Of a stretch of 64,000 bases of DNA, positions 39,370 to 48,202 are shown in pieces. A program made the position numbers and the translations under genes. The stretch is from the NCBI GenBank assembly GCA_963693095.2, contig OY843768.1, positions 992,001-1,056,000 on the forward strand. The letters are read 5' to 3'. The stretch is from Cenarchaeum sp. Its GTDB lineage: Archaea > Thermoproteota > Nitrososphaeria > Nitrososphaerales > Nitrosopumilaceae. Each line of letters starts with the position of its first letter. The first letter of the stretch is position 1. The notes under the pieces are model-generated. The model ran no database searches. It was not told the origin of the DNA and saw only the letters and a program-made list of their open reading frames with translations.

Positions 39370-40137
39370 ATGTCAGCAGCCGCAGTGCAGCAGGCCAAAA
39401 GTGCGCCGGCGCCACAGGCCGACTCGCATATCACGCGCAGGCTCCGCATAAGGCGCTCAAACCCGTCAGCTGGTGAGGCAAAGTCATACTCGGAGTTTGA
39501 CGTCGAGGCAGAGCCATGGACGACTGTCCTTGACGTCATACTAGAGGCAAAGAAAAACGCAGACCACTCCATCGGCGTGCGCTACTCTTGCAGGCAGGCG
39601 ACATGCGGCTCGTGCGGCATGATGATAAACGGCAAGCCGCGCCTTGCGTGCTTTACAAAGGTGAACGAGCTTGACGGTGACACGATAACAGTCGAGCCGA
39701 TGCAGAACTTTCCGGTCGTTCGTGACCTCGTAGTCGGCTTTGATCGCCTCTTCAGGTCGCACCACAAGATAAAGCCATACATCATTAGCGATGAGGCCGA
39801 CATCACAGAGGGGGTGCGCGAGACGCCGCAGACTCCCGAGGAGCTTGATCGCTATATCCAGTTTGCCGGATGCATAAAGTGCGGCCTGTGCAACTCGGCG
39901 TGCCCCACGATGGCAACAGACTCGCAGTTTATCGGGCCACAGTCCCTAGCGCAGGTGTACAGGTATGTTGCAGACACGCGCGACCACGGCAAGGACGAGC
40001 GCCTAAAGATCATCGATGACTCGCATGGCATATGGAGGTGCCACTATGCGGGCTCGTGCAGCAAGGTGTGCCCAAAGGGCGTCGATCCTGCGATGGGAAT
40101 ACAGCTCCTAAAGGGGCACATGCTCGGCCTCAGGTAG
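39370..40137 (+). CDS. sdhB: succinate dehydrogenase iron-sulfur subunit
   Basis: SCRQATCGSC, CIKCGLCNSACP, CHYAGSCSKVCPK. Confidence 0.97.
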   Translation: MSAAAVQQAKSAPAPQADSHITRRLRIRRSNPSAGEAKSYSEFDVEAEPWTTVLDVILEAKKNADHSIGVRYSCRQATCGSCGMMINGKPRLACFTKVNELDGDTITVEPMQNFPVVRDLVVGFDRLFRSHHKIKPYIISDEADITEGVRETPQTPEELDRYIQFAGCIKCGLCNSACPTMATDSQFIGPQSLAQVYRYVADTRDHGKDERLKIIDDSHGIWRCHYAGSCSKVCPKGVDPAMGIQLLKGHMLGLR

Positions 40138-40549
40138 TGCCACTAGGGCGCGCATCCTGCGCTGCAGCCGATGCTCCCTCACCCTGTGGCGCGCTGGCCG
40201 CTCCGGCCTGCGCCGGCTCTGCTGTCGCGCCGTCCTTTGGGGGCTTTGGGCTGCTGTTGACCTGGTTGTTTATCTGCTCGGCCATAAAGTGGTTTGACAC
40301 GTTTACCGTGACATTATCAACGGTGTCTATCTTTAGGAGATAGTCATGGATGTCCTGGCATATCTTGAACCCAAATACGGCAGGGCAGAACGGGCTCGTC
40401 AGGTGGAGGTCGACCTTTATGTCGCTGCCCTCAATGTCGACATTGTCTATGAGCTCGAGGTCAGTTATCGACGTGTTTATCTCGGGATCCACGATCTTTG
40501 AAAGCTCGTCAAAGATACGCACGCGAAGCTGCCTTGTCTCCTCGGACAC
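40130..40549 (-). CDS. DUF59 / SufT-like Fe-S cluster assembly protein
   Basis: IVDPEIN.SI.DL.LI, LTSPFCP. Confidence 0.88.
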   Translation of the reverse strand: MSEETRQLRVRIFDELSKIVDPEINTSITDLELIDNVDIEGSDIKVDLHLTSPFCPAVFGFKICQDIHDYLLKIDTVDNVTVNVSNHFMAEQINNQVNSSPKPPKDGATAEPAQAGAASAPQGEGASAAAQDARPSGTT

Positions 40550-40599
40550 GCCTTGCGCCCACCGCTGACGCTATATATAACCACTGCACGAGGGTGCGC

Positions 40600-42075
40600 G
40601 TGTACCGCGCAAGGATGGGCGAGGGCCTCGATGACGCCGCCGCCTCGTACGTCTCCTCGGCTGACGATGATGCCGTGATTGTGCAGTATGACATTCTTGG
40701 CAGCATGGCGCACGTCGTCATGCTCCATGACCGCAAGCTCGTCTCGCGCCCCGATGCGGCGGCCATACTCGATGCGCTCTCCAAGATCTCGTCTAGCCCG
40801 CCGGAGGCGCGCGATGGCGTCGAGGACATCCATGAGCTCATAGAGGCCGACGTGATCAGGAGGGCAGGCAAGGGCGCAGGCGGGCGCATGCACACTGCCA
40901 GGTCGCGCAACGACCAGGTCTCCCTTGACATCCGCCTAAAGCTGCGCGATGACATCAATGACGTCTGCACGCTAGCCATAGGGCTCGCCGAGGCCATGGC
41001 CGCCGTCGCAAGCACGCACAGAAAGACTATCATGCCGCTCTACACGCACATGCAGCAGGCCCAGTACGGGACGCTCTCGCACTATATGATCGCCCATATT
41101 GATTCCCTCATGCGCGACGTCGAGCGCCTCTCCTCGGCGTACACGCGCATCAACCAGTGCCCACTGGGCGCCGGCGCAGTCGGCGGAACGAGCCTAAACA
41201 TAGACAGGCGCCAGGTCTCAAGGCTTCTCGGGTTTGGCGGCATAGTCGAGAACGCCCTTGACGCAACGGGCTCGCGTGACCACGTCGCCGAGTACGTCTC
41301 GGCCATAGCAATAATGATGTCAGGGCTCAGCAGGATTGCCGAGGACATTGCGATATGGTCAACGAGCGAGTTTTCGTTCGTCGAGCTTGGCGGCTCGGTG
41401 TCATCACCATCAAGTGTACTGCCGCAAAAAAAGAATCCCGACGTGCTAGAGCTCACGCGCGGCAAGGCCGCCGAAACCCTCGGCGGGCTCGTCACGACGA
41501 TTGCGGCGACAAAGGGCCTTGCGTCCGGATACTCGCGCGACCTGCAGCAGTCAAAGCTCGCCGCATGGGCAGCGACACGGACCGCAGTCGGCGCGCTTGC
41601 GATCCTGCGCACTGCAATATCCGGAATGAGCGTGAATGTCGAACGCATGTCCGAGGCGGCCAACGCAGGCGACCTTGACGCCCTAGAGATCGCCGAGATC
41701 CTAGTCGCCGGCGGCAAGGTGCCATTCAGGTCGGCCCACATGGTCGTCGGCCGGCTCGTAAAGAGCGCGCACGCCGCCGACGTTGGCATGGGCGAGCTAG
41801 ACGACAAGGCAGTCAGCACCGCAGTAAAGGGGGCAGGCGTGAGCGTCAAGGATCTGCGCAGCGCAATCGGGCGCTGCGGAGCCGTCGCGTCGCTGCGCCG
41901 GCGCGGCTCGATGGGCTCATCAGGATATGCCGAGCAGGCAAGGATGGCTCGGGCCAGGCTGCGCTCGATTCCAAAATACCGCCGCGAGGTCGACATGCGC
42001 CGGAGCGCAGTCAGCGAGGCGTATGCGGTTCTCGGAAAGAGGGTTCGCGCCCTAGGGGCGCGCCGCAAGTCCTAG
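40600..42075 (+). CDS. argH: argininosuccinate lyase
   Basis: EDIH, HTARSRNDQV, PLYTHMQQAQ, SSVLPQKKNPD, PFRSAH. Confidence 0.96.
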   Translation: MYRARMGEGLDDAAASYVSSADDDAVIVQYDILGSMAHVVMLHDRKLVSRPDAAAILDALSKISSSPPEARDGVEDIHELIEADVIRRAGKGAGGRMHTARSRNDQVSLDIRLKLRDDINDVCTLAIGLAEAMAAVASTHRKTIMPLYTHMQQAQYGTLSHYMIAHIDSLMRDVERLSSAYTRINQCPLGAGAVGGTSLNIDRRQVSRLLGFGGIVENALDATGSRDHVAEYVSAIAIMMSGLSRIAEDIAIWSTSEFSFVELGGSVSSPSSVLPQKKNPDVLELTRGKAAETLGGLVTTIAATKGLASGYSRDLQQSKLAAWAATRTAVGALAILRTAISGMSVNVERMSEAANAGDLDALEIAEILVAGGKVPFRSAHMVVGRLVKSAHAADVGMGELDDKAVSTAVKGAGVSVKDLRSAIGRCGAVASLRRRGSMGSSGYAEQARMARARLRSIPKYRREVDMRRSAVSEAYAVLGKRVRALGARRKS

Positions 42076-42119
42076 GGGCAAAGAAATCTGCAATCGTTCC
42101 AGGATTGTGCGCGCAGGCA

Positions 42120-42563
42120 CTAGTGAAGAAATCTAGGCAGGCTGCGAATCTTGTGGGCCAGCGAGAGGCTTCCCGGACCGGCGACGATGACTAGGAGCGA
42201 GACGGCCAGGAGCATGAGGTCATACTCGTACGCGTCGGCTCCCTCGGCGCCGGCGTATGAGGCCAGGCCCTTTATGACTATCATTGCGGCGAGCATGATG
42301 ACTGCGATTATCGAGGCCGATATGCGGCTCAGGACGCCGATGACCAAGAGTATGCCGGGTATAAACTCGCCGGCCGCTATAATCATCGCAAACTCGGGCG
42401 ATATGCCATATGTCGACATCCAGCCGATAAAGCCCTCGTTGCCAAACTTGCCATACCCGTGGACGATGAACGCCACGCCTAGTGCGATCCTCATGCCACA
42501 GTAGGCGATATCCGTGAGCCTCTTTGGGCGAAATGCTGCTCCCTCGAGCTTTTCTGCTGTCAT
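42120..42563 (-). CDS. DoxX family membrane protein
   Basis: RIALG..FIVHGYGK, YEYDL, GPG..SL. Confidence 0.88.
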   Translation of the reverse strand: MTAEKLEGAAFRPKRLTDIAYCGMRIALGVAFIVHGYGKFGNEGFIGWMSTYGISPEFAMIIAAGEFIPGILLVIGVLSRISASIIAVIMLAAMIVIKGLASYAGAEGADAYEYDLMLLAVSLLVIVAGPGSLSLAHKIRSLPRFLH

Positions 42564-42670
42564 GCCTGGTCTAGGCGTCTCTTCCACGCGTCATGGCCCC
42601 AACTGGCACTATTTAACTCAAGCGGGCACGGCCGCACGAGCCATGCCGCAGGCACGGTGACTCTATTATA

Positions 42671-44809
42671 TTGCCACGCGCCCTAGGACGAGTCATGGGC
42701 GGTTCGGAGAGGCGCGGTGCGGCCATGCCCGAGTGGAGGGTCGCGATGCTGCCGGCGCTTGCGGTCTCTTTTGCGCTCATCGCCGTGTCGATCACGGCGA
42801 TGGCCATAATATCGGACAGCGTGACAAAGGGGTCGATAAACTCACTCGTCGGCGAACAGTCGACGTTCGCCTCGCATGCGGCCCTCGCTAGAATCGACGA
42901 GGAGATCAATGACAGAATAGGCGAGCTGCTCGTTCTGGGAACCGAGCCGAGGATCCGCGCGGCTCTGGCGCACCACAGCTCTGATGGCGACGGGCCGCGG
43001 GGGCTTGCGCATGCGCGAGCCGAGGCGCTGCTGGAAGAGAGGATCGGCTCGCAGGGGGCGCCGTTTGCCGCAATTGCGCTACTGGGCGCAGACGGGCGCA
43101 CCGTCGCCGTGGGCGGTGCGGTCGCAGACACCGTCACGTCCGGCGAGCGCGACGTGCTAGTGTCTGATGCGCACTATGACGCGACGATCGGCAGGGATGT
43201 CATCAGGATCAGCACCACGCTAAGGGACGCTGGGGGCGCAGTGTCCGGCGAGCTCGTCGCGTTCATGGAGATGCACGAGGTCTATCGCATTGCCCGAGAG
43301 ACGCAGAACAGCGTGCGCCTCGGCATGGCGACTGTGGACATTTACAGGCTCGACGGCCGTCCCGTCTATGCGTCCTCGCCGAACGGGGACTTTGGCTCCC
43401 TTGAGCTAGTCGCGCCGGGATTTGCGCAGGTTCCCGAGGGCGTCAGGGACGAGCTCGAGAGGCGCTTTGAGGAGATCGACGCCGAGTATGAGCGCGTTTT
43501 TGCCGAGTACGGCTTTGAGCAGCCCGTTCTCGACGAGGACGAGGCCCACGAGTACATGGTTCGCGTCAGGGAGCTCGACGAGCGCTATATGAGAATCATC
43601 TCCGGTGCGGACGGCGACATCGACGGCTCTAGGGCCGATGACCTCAGGTGGGCAATGGAGGGCGCGCTCTCTGATGCCGTGATCATCGACGAGATTGAGG
43701 GCATTATCGACGAGGCTAGCGCCGGCTCCCTAGAGGACGTCTTTGAGGCGTATGACGTCGAGCACAGCAAGATCGCCGCAGACTATGGCATAAGCCACCC
43801 CATGCTGACTGAGGACGAGGAGATCGCACTAGCCGCCGAGACTGCGCGCATTGACGAGATGTCATCAAGGGTCTATGACGGCCTTGATGTCGACTATACC
43901 TTTGGCGAGCGCGGGTTTGTCATTGTGGGCCACGGCGAGGAGGAGACGCTCCACTCGTTCTCGCGGCAGGCCGGATACGGCGACTTTGACGGCCTCGGCT
44001 GGACCCTAGTCGTACACACAAACCTCAATGACGCCCTAGTCGAGGCCAACTCGCAGCGCAACGCGCTCCTTGCGCTTGCCGCCGTCATCGGCATTGTCGC
44101 CGGCGCGCTGAGCGCATACCTTGCGCGCACAATGTACTTTCAGTCAAGGCGGCTGCGCCAGACCGAAAAGATCGGCGCAATAGGGCACCTTGCCTCAAAC
44201 ATCGCGCACGACCTGCGCAACCCGCTCGGGATCATACGAAACTCGACTGAGCGCATCAGGCGGCAGGCCGGAGGCGGGGACGGCATCGTCGACGGCGAGC
44301 TCGACAGGGTGAACCGCGCGATATCCAGAATGTCGCACCAGATCGAGGGTGTCCTAAACTATGTTCGCACAACTCCGGTCATCGCAAAGGAGTGTCGCGT
44401 GAGCGAGATGCTAAAGTATGCCGTAGAGTCAATCGAGATTCCGGACAACGTGTCTGTCGAGCTGCCGCACGAGGACGCAGTCATCGAGTGTGACCGCGAA
44501 AAGATAGAGATCACGTTTGCGAACCTGCTCCTCAATGCGGTTCATGCGATCGGCGAGCAGGACGGGAAGATAGCTGTTCGCATGGCCGAGCGTGGCGATG
44601 CGATACACATGGAGTTTGAGAACACGGGGCCGGCCATACCAAAGGGCGACCTGCCGCACATATTTGAGCCGCTCTTTACGACAAAGCTAAAGGGCACTGG
44701 CCTTGGCCTGTCAGGCTGCCGCAACATTGTCGAGCAGCACGGCGGCACGATAGGCGCGTCGGCGAGTCCCGTCGTGTTTGCCGTGATGCTGCCCAAAAGG
44801 CAGCGATAG
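42671..44809 (+). CDS. membrane sensor histidine kinase with an acidic repeat insertion
   Basis: Two TM helices, AHDLRNPL H-box, NLLLNA N-box, IFEPLFTTK, GTGLGL; start uncertain. Confidence 0.9.
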   Translation: MPRALGRVMGGSERRGAAMPEWRVAMLPALAVSFALIAVSITAMAIISDSVTKGSINSLVGEQSTFASHAALARIDEEINDRIGELLVLGTEPRIRAALAHHSSDGDGPRGLAHARAEALLEERIGSQGAPFAAIALLGADGRTVAVGGAVADTVTSGERDVLVSDAHYDATIGRDVIRISTTLRDAGGAVSGELVAFMEMHEVYRIARETQNSVRLGMATVDIYRLDGRPVYASSPNGDFGSLELVAPGFAQVPEGVRDELERRFEEIDAEYERVFAEYGFEQPVLDEDEAHEYMVRVRELDERYMRIISGADGDIDGSRADDLRWAMEGALSDAVIIDEIEGIIDEASAGSLEDVFEAYDVEHSKIAADYGISHPMLTEDEEIALAAETARIDEMSSRVYDGLDVDYTFGERGFVIVGHGEEETLHSFSRQAGYGDFDGLGWTLVVHTNLNDALVEANSQRNALLALAAVIGIVAGALSAYLARTMYFQSRRLRQTEKIGAIGHLASNIAHDLRNPLGIIRNSTERIRRQAGGGDGIVDGELDRVNRAISRMSHQIEGVLNYVRTTPVIAKECRVSEMLKYAVESIEIPDNVSVELPHEDAVIECDREKIEITFANLLLNAVHAIGEQDGKIAVRMAERGDAIHMEFENTGPAIPKGDLPHIFEPLFTTKLKGTGLGLSGCRNIVEQHGGTIGASASPVVFAVMLPKRQR

Positions 44810-44813
44810 CGCC

Positions 44814-45095
44814 TCAGGCCGTGCGCTTTATGATGTGGTATCCATACTCGGTCTTTACGGGCGCCGAGGTCTCGCCGGGTGAGAGCGTAAAGGCAATCTC
44901 CTCAAAGGGCTTTACCATCTTGCCTCGCGCAAAATAGCCGAGGTTGCCGTCGCGCTTTGCGCTTCCCGTGTCAAGGGACGCCTCGCGCGCCAGGCGGCCA
45001 AATTTCTCGCCTGACTCTAGGCGCTCGAGTATTGTGATTGCCTCGCCGTGCTTTTTGACGAGTATGTGCGAGCACTTTATCTTGGCTGCTGCCAT
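44814..45095 (-). CDS. parvulin-type peptidyl-prolyl isomerase
   Basis: CSHILVK, F..LA...S.D, G.LG.F..G.MV..FE, TEYGYHII. Confidence 0.95.
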   Translation of the reverse strand: MAAAKIKCSHILVKKHGEAITILERLESGEKFGRLAREASLDTGSAKRDGNLGYFARGKMVKPFEEIAFTLSPGETSAPVKTEYGYHIIKRTA

Positions 45096-45258
45096 GGGGC
45101 ACATGGGCGGATCAAGGGTAAAAAACTGTTTTGGGCGCCCACAGGAGCGGGAAGGTCAGGGCCGCGCAGCGATGGCACATGGCGCGTTCGAGCGGGCGCC
45201 TGCCGCCGATCATAATCATGCCAAAGTTGGGCAACGTGCCGCCACAATGCGCGATCCA

Positions 45259-45639
45259 CTACATGGGCAGGAAGGGCAGGACAAACAGAGAGAGCGCAAC
45301 CATGGCTCCCGCACCGGCAAGCACAAGTCCGGACAGGAGGCTCAGCTGTGCCATGTGCACCCTGGCCCCAATCCTGGCCATGTCCTGCTCGCGGCTGTAC
45401 AGCGCAATAAAACATGACCTGATTAGCATCACGTATCTCGTGTGATCTGACATTTTTATCAGTGTGTCTAGCATACCGTCATCCACCTTGCCGCCTTTTA
45501 CCAAGTTTTCAGACGATATGGGCTGGTATATGCATGAAACAGATAGCGCCCGTGCAGAAAAGATCATCGATATCATCGCCCCTGCAAGTCCGGCCATGCC
45601 GAGCATTATTGTGGCCGCTATTGCCTGAACTGGCAGCAT
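45259..45639 (-). pseudogene. N-terminally deleted paralogue of the 24417-24992 membrane protein
   Basis: DPQML.VQAIA.T.MLG...IFSARALSVS...SREQD...LLSGLVLAG matches; about 60 N-terminal codons are missing directly after GCATAGTTGA. Confidence 0.7.
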
Positions 45640-45686
45640 TTGAGGATCAACTATGCGCCTCCGTGATGTCACTTGTGGGCATTGCC

Positions 45687-45791
45687 TCAAACGGCGCGCA
45701 CATAGCCGCCAATCTCCAAGAGCTCTGGCTTTTTCTTTCTCTCCTTTGGCTCGGCTGCCTTGGCCTTGCCATCAGACTTGTCCTTGCCCAT
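45687..45791 (-). CDS. 34-aa micro-peptide 4 (MGKDKSDGKAKAAEPKERKKKPELLEIGGYVRAV)
   Basis: Homologue of peptides 1-3 with an intact frame and its own TTTATAA box about 30 nt upstream. Confidence 0.6.
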   Translation of the reverse strand: MGKDKSDGKAKAAEPKERKKKPELLEIGGYVRAV

Positions 45792-46055
45792 CAGATGGCC
45801 GGAGACTCGGCGTCGTTATAAATATTCCAGGGTCATGCGCGTATGAGGCCAGCACCTCTCCGCCCATTTGGACAAATGGGCGCGATCTCGACCAATCCAT
45901 TTACCGCTGCGGCGCCTGCCTGGGCATGAGCGGTGGCGGTGCTGATCTCGTAATGTGCCAGTGCCGGCAAGGCGTAGACAGCAATGCTGGTGCCACGCGT
46001 GGCGGGGTTAGCCCTCGTCATCTGACATGTAGGGGCAGAGCCTGGCGAACTCGAG

Positions 46056-46354
46056 CTCGGCGGCGGGCGCCCCACGTTGCCTGGATCGGGCGCGAGGAGC
46101 ACCTGAGCAACCGCGGCGAGTGGCTGTGGGACAACGGCTACGGCCGGAGGCCGTCAGGAGAGACGACGTTCTCCACGATCAAGCTGGTGTTCCGCGACCA
46201 CGTGAGGGCGCTGAACTGGGGCCAGGTGGTCCGCGAGGTGGCATTCATGGCGTACGCGTACAACCGGCTGATCGACATGGCGGGCGGTCCGGGGTGAGCC
46301 GCGGCCTGGGGCGCCATGCGTGGCACGCGCGGTCACCGGTTATGAAACAACGCC
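46056..46354 (+). mobile_element. IS5-family (IS903-like) remnant: transposase C-terminus and right inverted repeat
   Basis: W..DNGYGRRPSGETTFSTIK (Y-x2-R-x3-E-x6-K signature); ends in GGTTATGAAACAACGCC (46338-46354). Confidence 0.7.
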
Positions 46355-46436
46355 GTACACGATGACCCTGCCATACCACCTTGAGGCACAAGAAACCTCA
46401 TGGCATCATGGAACAGGCCAGTCATGCGCGTTCCCG

Positions 46437-47456
46437 TCACCCAACCCTGCGTATCCTCTCAGAGCGCTGACCGGGAACGTCAATCACGTACCTTCCGTCG
46501 CCGAGCTGCTCAAACCACTCATAGAGAACCTGCACGTTTCCCGTGAGATCCCGCCGGCTCGGAACCGGCACGTCAGTGCAGTTGTCCTGTATCCACTCCT
46601 TTACACGTCCAAAGTACGTCTCTGGGTCTATGAATGAGTCCATCTGTTGCACAAACGGGTGCGCAAAGAATCGTGATGCCAGCTGTGCGCGAAACTCTGC
46701 CTCTGACAGACCCAGCTCTATACCATAGTTTGCCAGGTCATGGAACACACATGCTGCCACCTCGTCATCATCAGACGGCTCTAGTCCCTGCCCCATTCTC
46801 GCGTATCCGGACACGAGGTCATCAACGCTCCTAGTCATCGGCAGTGCCGATACCAGAAACTTGTCTGGCTGCATTCTCACAAGCGAGTCAAGCTCATCCT
46901 CTGTCTTTGGTGGCTGCGGCTGTTTCCTAATCCATGCAGAAAGCTTGTCATACATTTCATCATCCACAAGCCGTGATTCGCAACGTATGCGCTCAAAGTA
47001 CACACGGTCATCCGGTGAGGCCTCTTTTACAAGCACGCCCATCTCATGGTTGCCGCCCTCGTGCATTCCCCTGCGCGACATGTTTCCCGTGCAGAGCACA
47101 TAGTGGCGCAGTCCGACCGAGACAACCTTTAGGTGGATTTTAGAGTTCACGTAGAGCCTGATGTCCTGCTCCTTGCAGTACGGATACAGGGACAGCTCGG
47201 ATGAGCCTGACACAAGATCCCTAGTGTCCCACGTCGTGATGATCACCACCTTGGAGTCGATGCCGTCTAGGAGCTCCCTGACCACGTCTGTCCGGATATA
47301 GGGGACGATGATGTGGATCGTCTCGCCGCTGCGCGAGTGCTCCTCAATATAGGCCCTGACGCGCGCATAGAGGGGGCTCTGAAACGTGGGCTGCTCGTCG
47401 GTCAATCCGGCGCGCACGCGCGGGGTTCCCGTATATGGATGGTTGGAAGAGGCCAC
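46437..47456 (-). CDS. phospholipase D-fold (BfiI/NgoFVII-like) putative nuclease
   Basis: IIVPYI, IHLKV (HxK), CTGNMS..G...NHE.G; located in a defence island. Confidence 0.7.
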   Translation of the reverse strand: MASSNHPYTGTPRVRAGLTDEQPTFQSPLYARVRAYIEEHSRSGETIHIIVPYIRTDVVRELLDGIDSKVVIITTWDTRDLVSGSSELSLYPYCKEQDIRLYVNSKIHLKVVSVGLRHYVLCTGNMSRRGMHEGGNHEMGVLVKEASPDDRVYFERIRCESRLVDDEMYDKLSAWIRKQPQPPKTEDELDSLVRMQPDKFLVSALPMTRSVDDLVSGYARMGQGLEPSDDDEVAACVFHDLANYGIELGLSEAEFRAQLASRFFAHPFVQQMDSFIDPETYFGRVKEWIQDNCTDVPVPSRRDLTGNVQVLYEWFEQLGDGRYVIDVPGQRSERIRRVG

Positions 47457-47608
47457 AAGGCACAGAAACGATCAACAGAGAAATGTGGCGCAAGCGTGTA
47501 AACTGAGCACATCATTGAGATCTACTCCAATGAAAAGGTGCAAGTATGAGCATAACAAGCACGTAGTCAAGATGCTTGTTCAAACAACTAAACCACTTAA
47601 CTCACACA

Positions 47609-47670
47609 AGCGTTGTTTCATAACCTCTCCCGGGTATCATTCCCGCATGCTCCCCTGCCCGGCGTCCTTC
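47609..47670 (+). mobile_element. IS5-family left-end fragment
   Basis: AGCGTTGTTTCATAACC (47609-47625) is a 16/17 match to the reverse complement of 46338-46354; followed by a short GC-rich IS-like tract. Confidence 0.55.
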
Positions 47671-47722
47671 GCACGAGGCACGCGGCAGTTTAACCAAGTC
47701 ACAAATGGATCGGCGCGTGCGA

Positions 47723-47879
47723 TGGCTGGTGTCATGGACGCAAAGTACGTTGACAGAGAGAAGATGTTCGTCATTGGCTGGTACACTAGGGGCAAGCTAG
47801 TGCCTCGCGTCGTCCGCGTCCGCGCGCATGGCAAACATCCTGTCCCTGCCAACGTACTTTGCGTTCTCTGTGCCAGCCA
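47723..47879. repeat. imperfect 52-bp inverted repeat with a 53-bp spacer
   Basis: Arms 47723-47774 and 47828-47879 share the perfect core ACGCAAAGTACGTTG/CAACGTACTTTGCGT and TGGCTGG/CCAGCCA ends. Confidence 0.75.
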
Positions 47880-48202
47880 ACGCGATGTCAGCTCACGAGC
47901 CGAGCCATTTAGGGTTAAGTCGTGGACGTCACGTGCATAGACGCGGTTATGAGATAGGGCCACAGATGCGGCAGGCTCATAACCATTACCAATCACAACA
48001 GATTTGTATCATGTAATACTAACGCAGTTCAAAAGATTTTAAAATAGTATTGTTATTCTACGTGTCATTCAAAACAAATCAAAAAAAGAGCGAACAGTAG
48101 AATTAAAAAACAAAAATTATTGCAGGAGTTTAGGTTTGAGGACATTAAAGAAGTTGATGAACAAATAATGAATAGACACATACAGAATAAAACTTCTATA
48201 AA

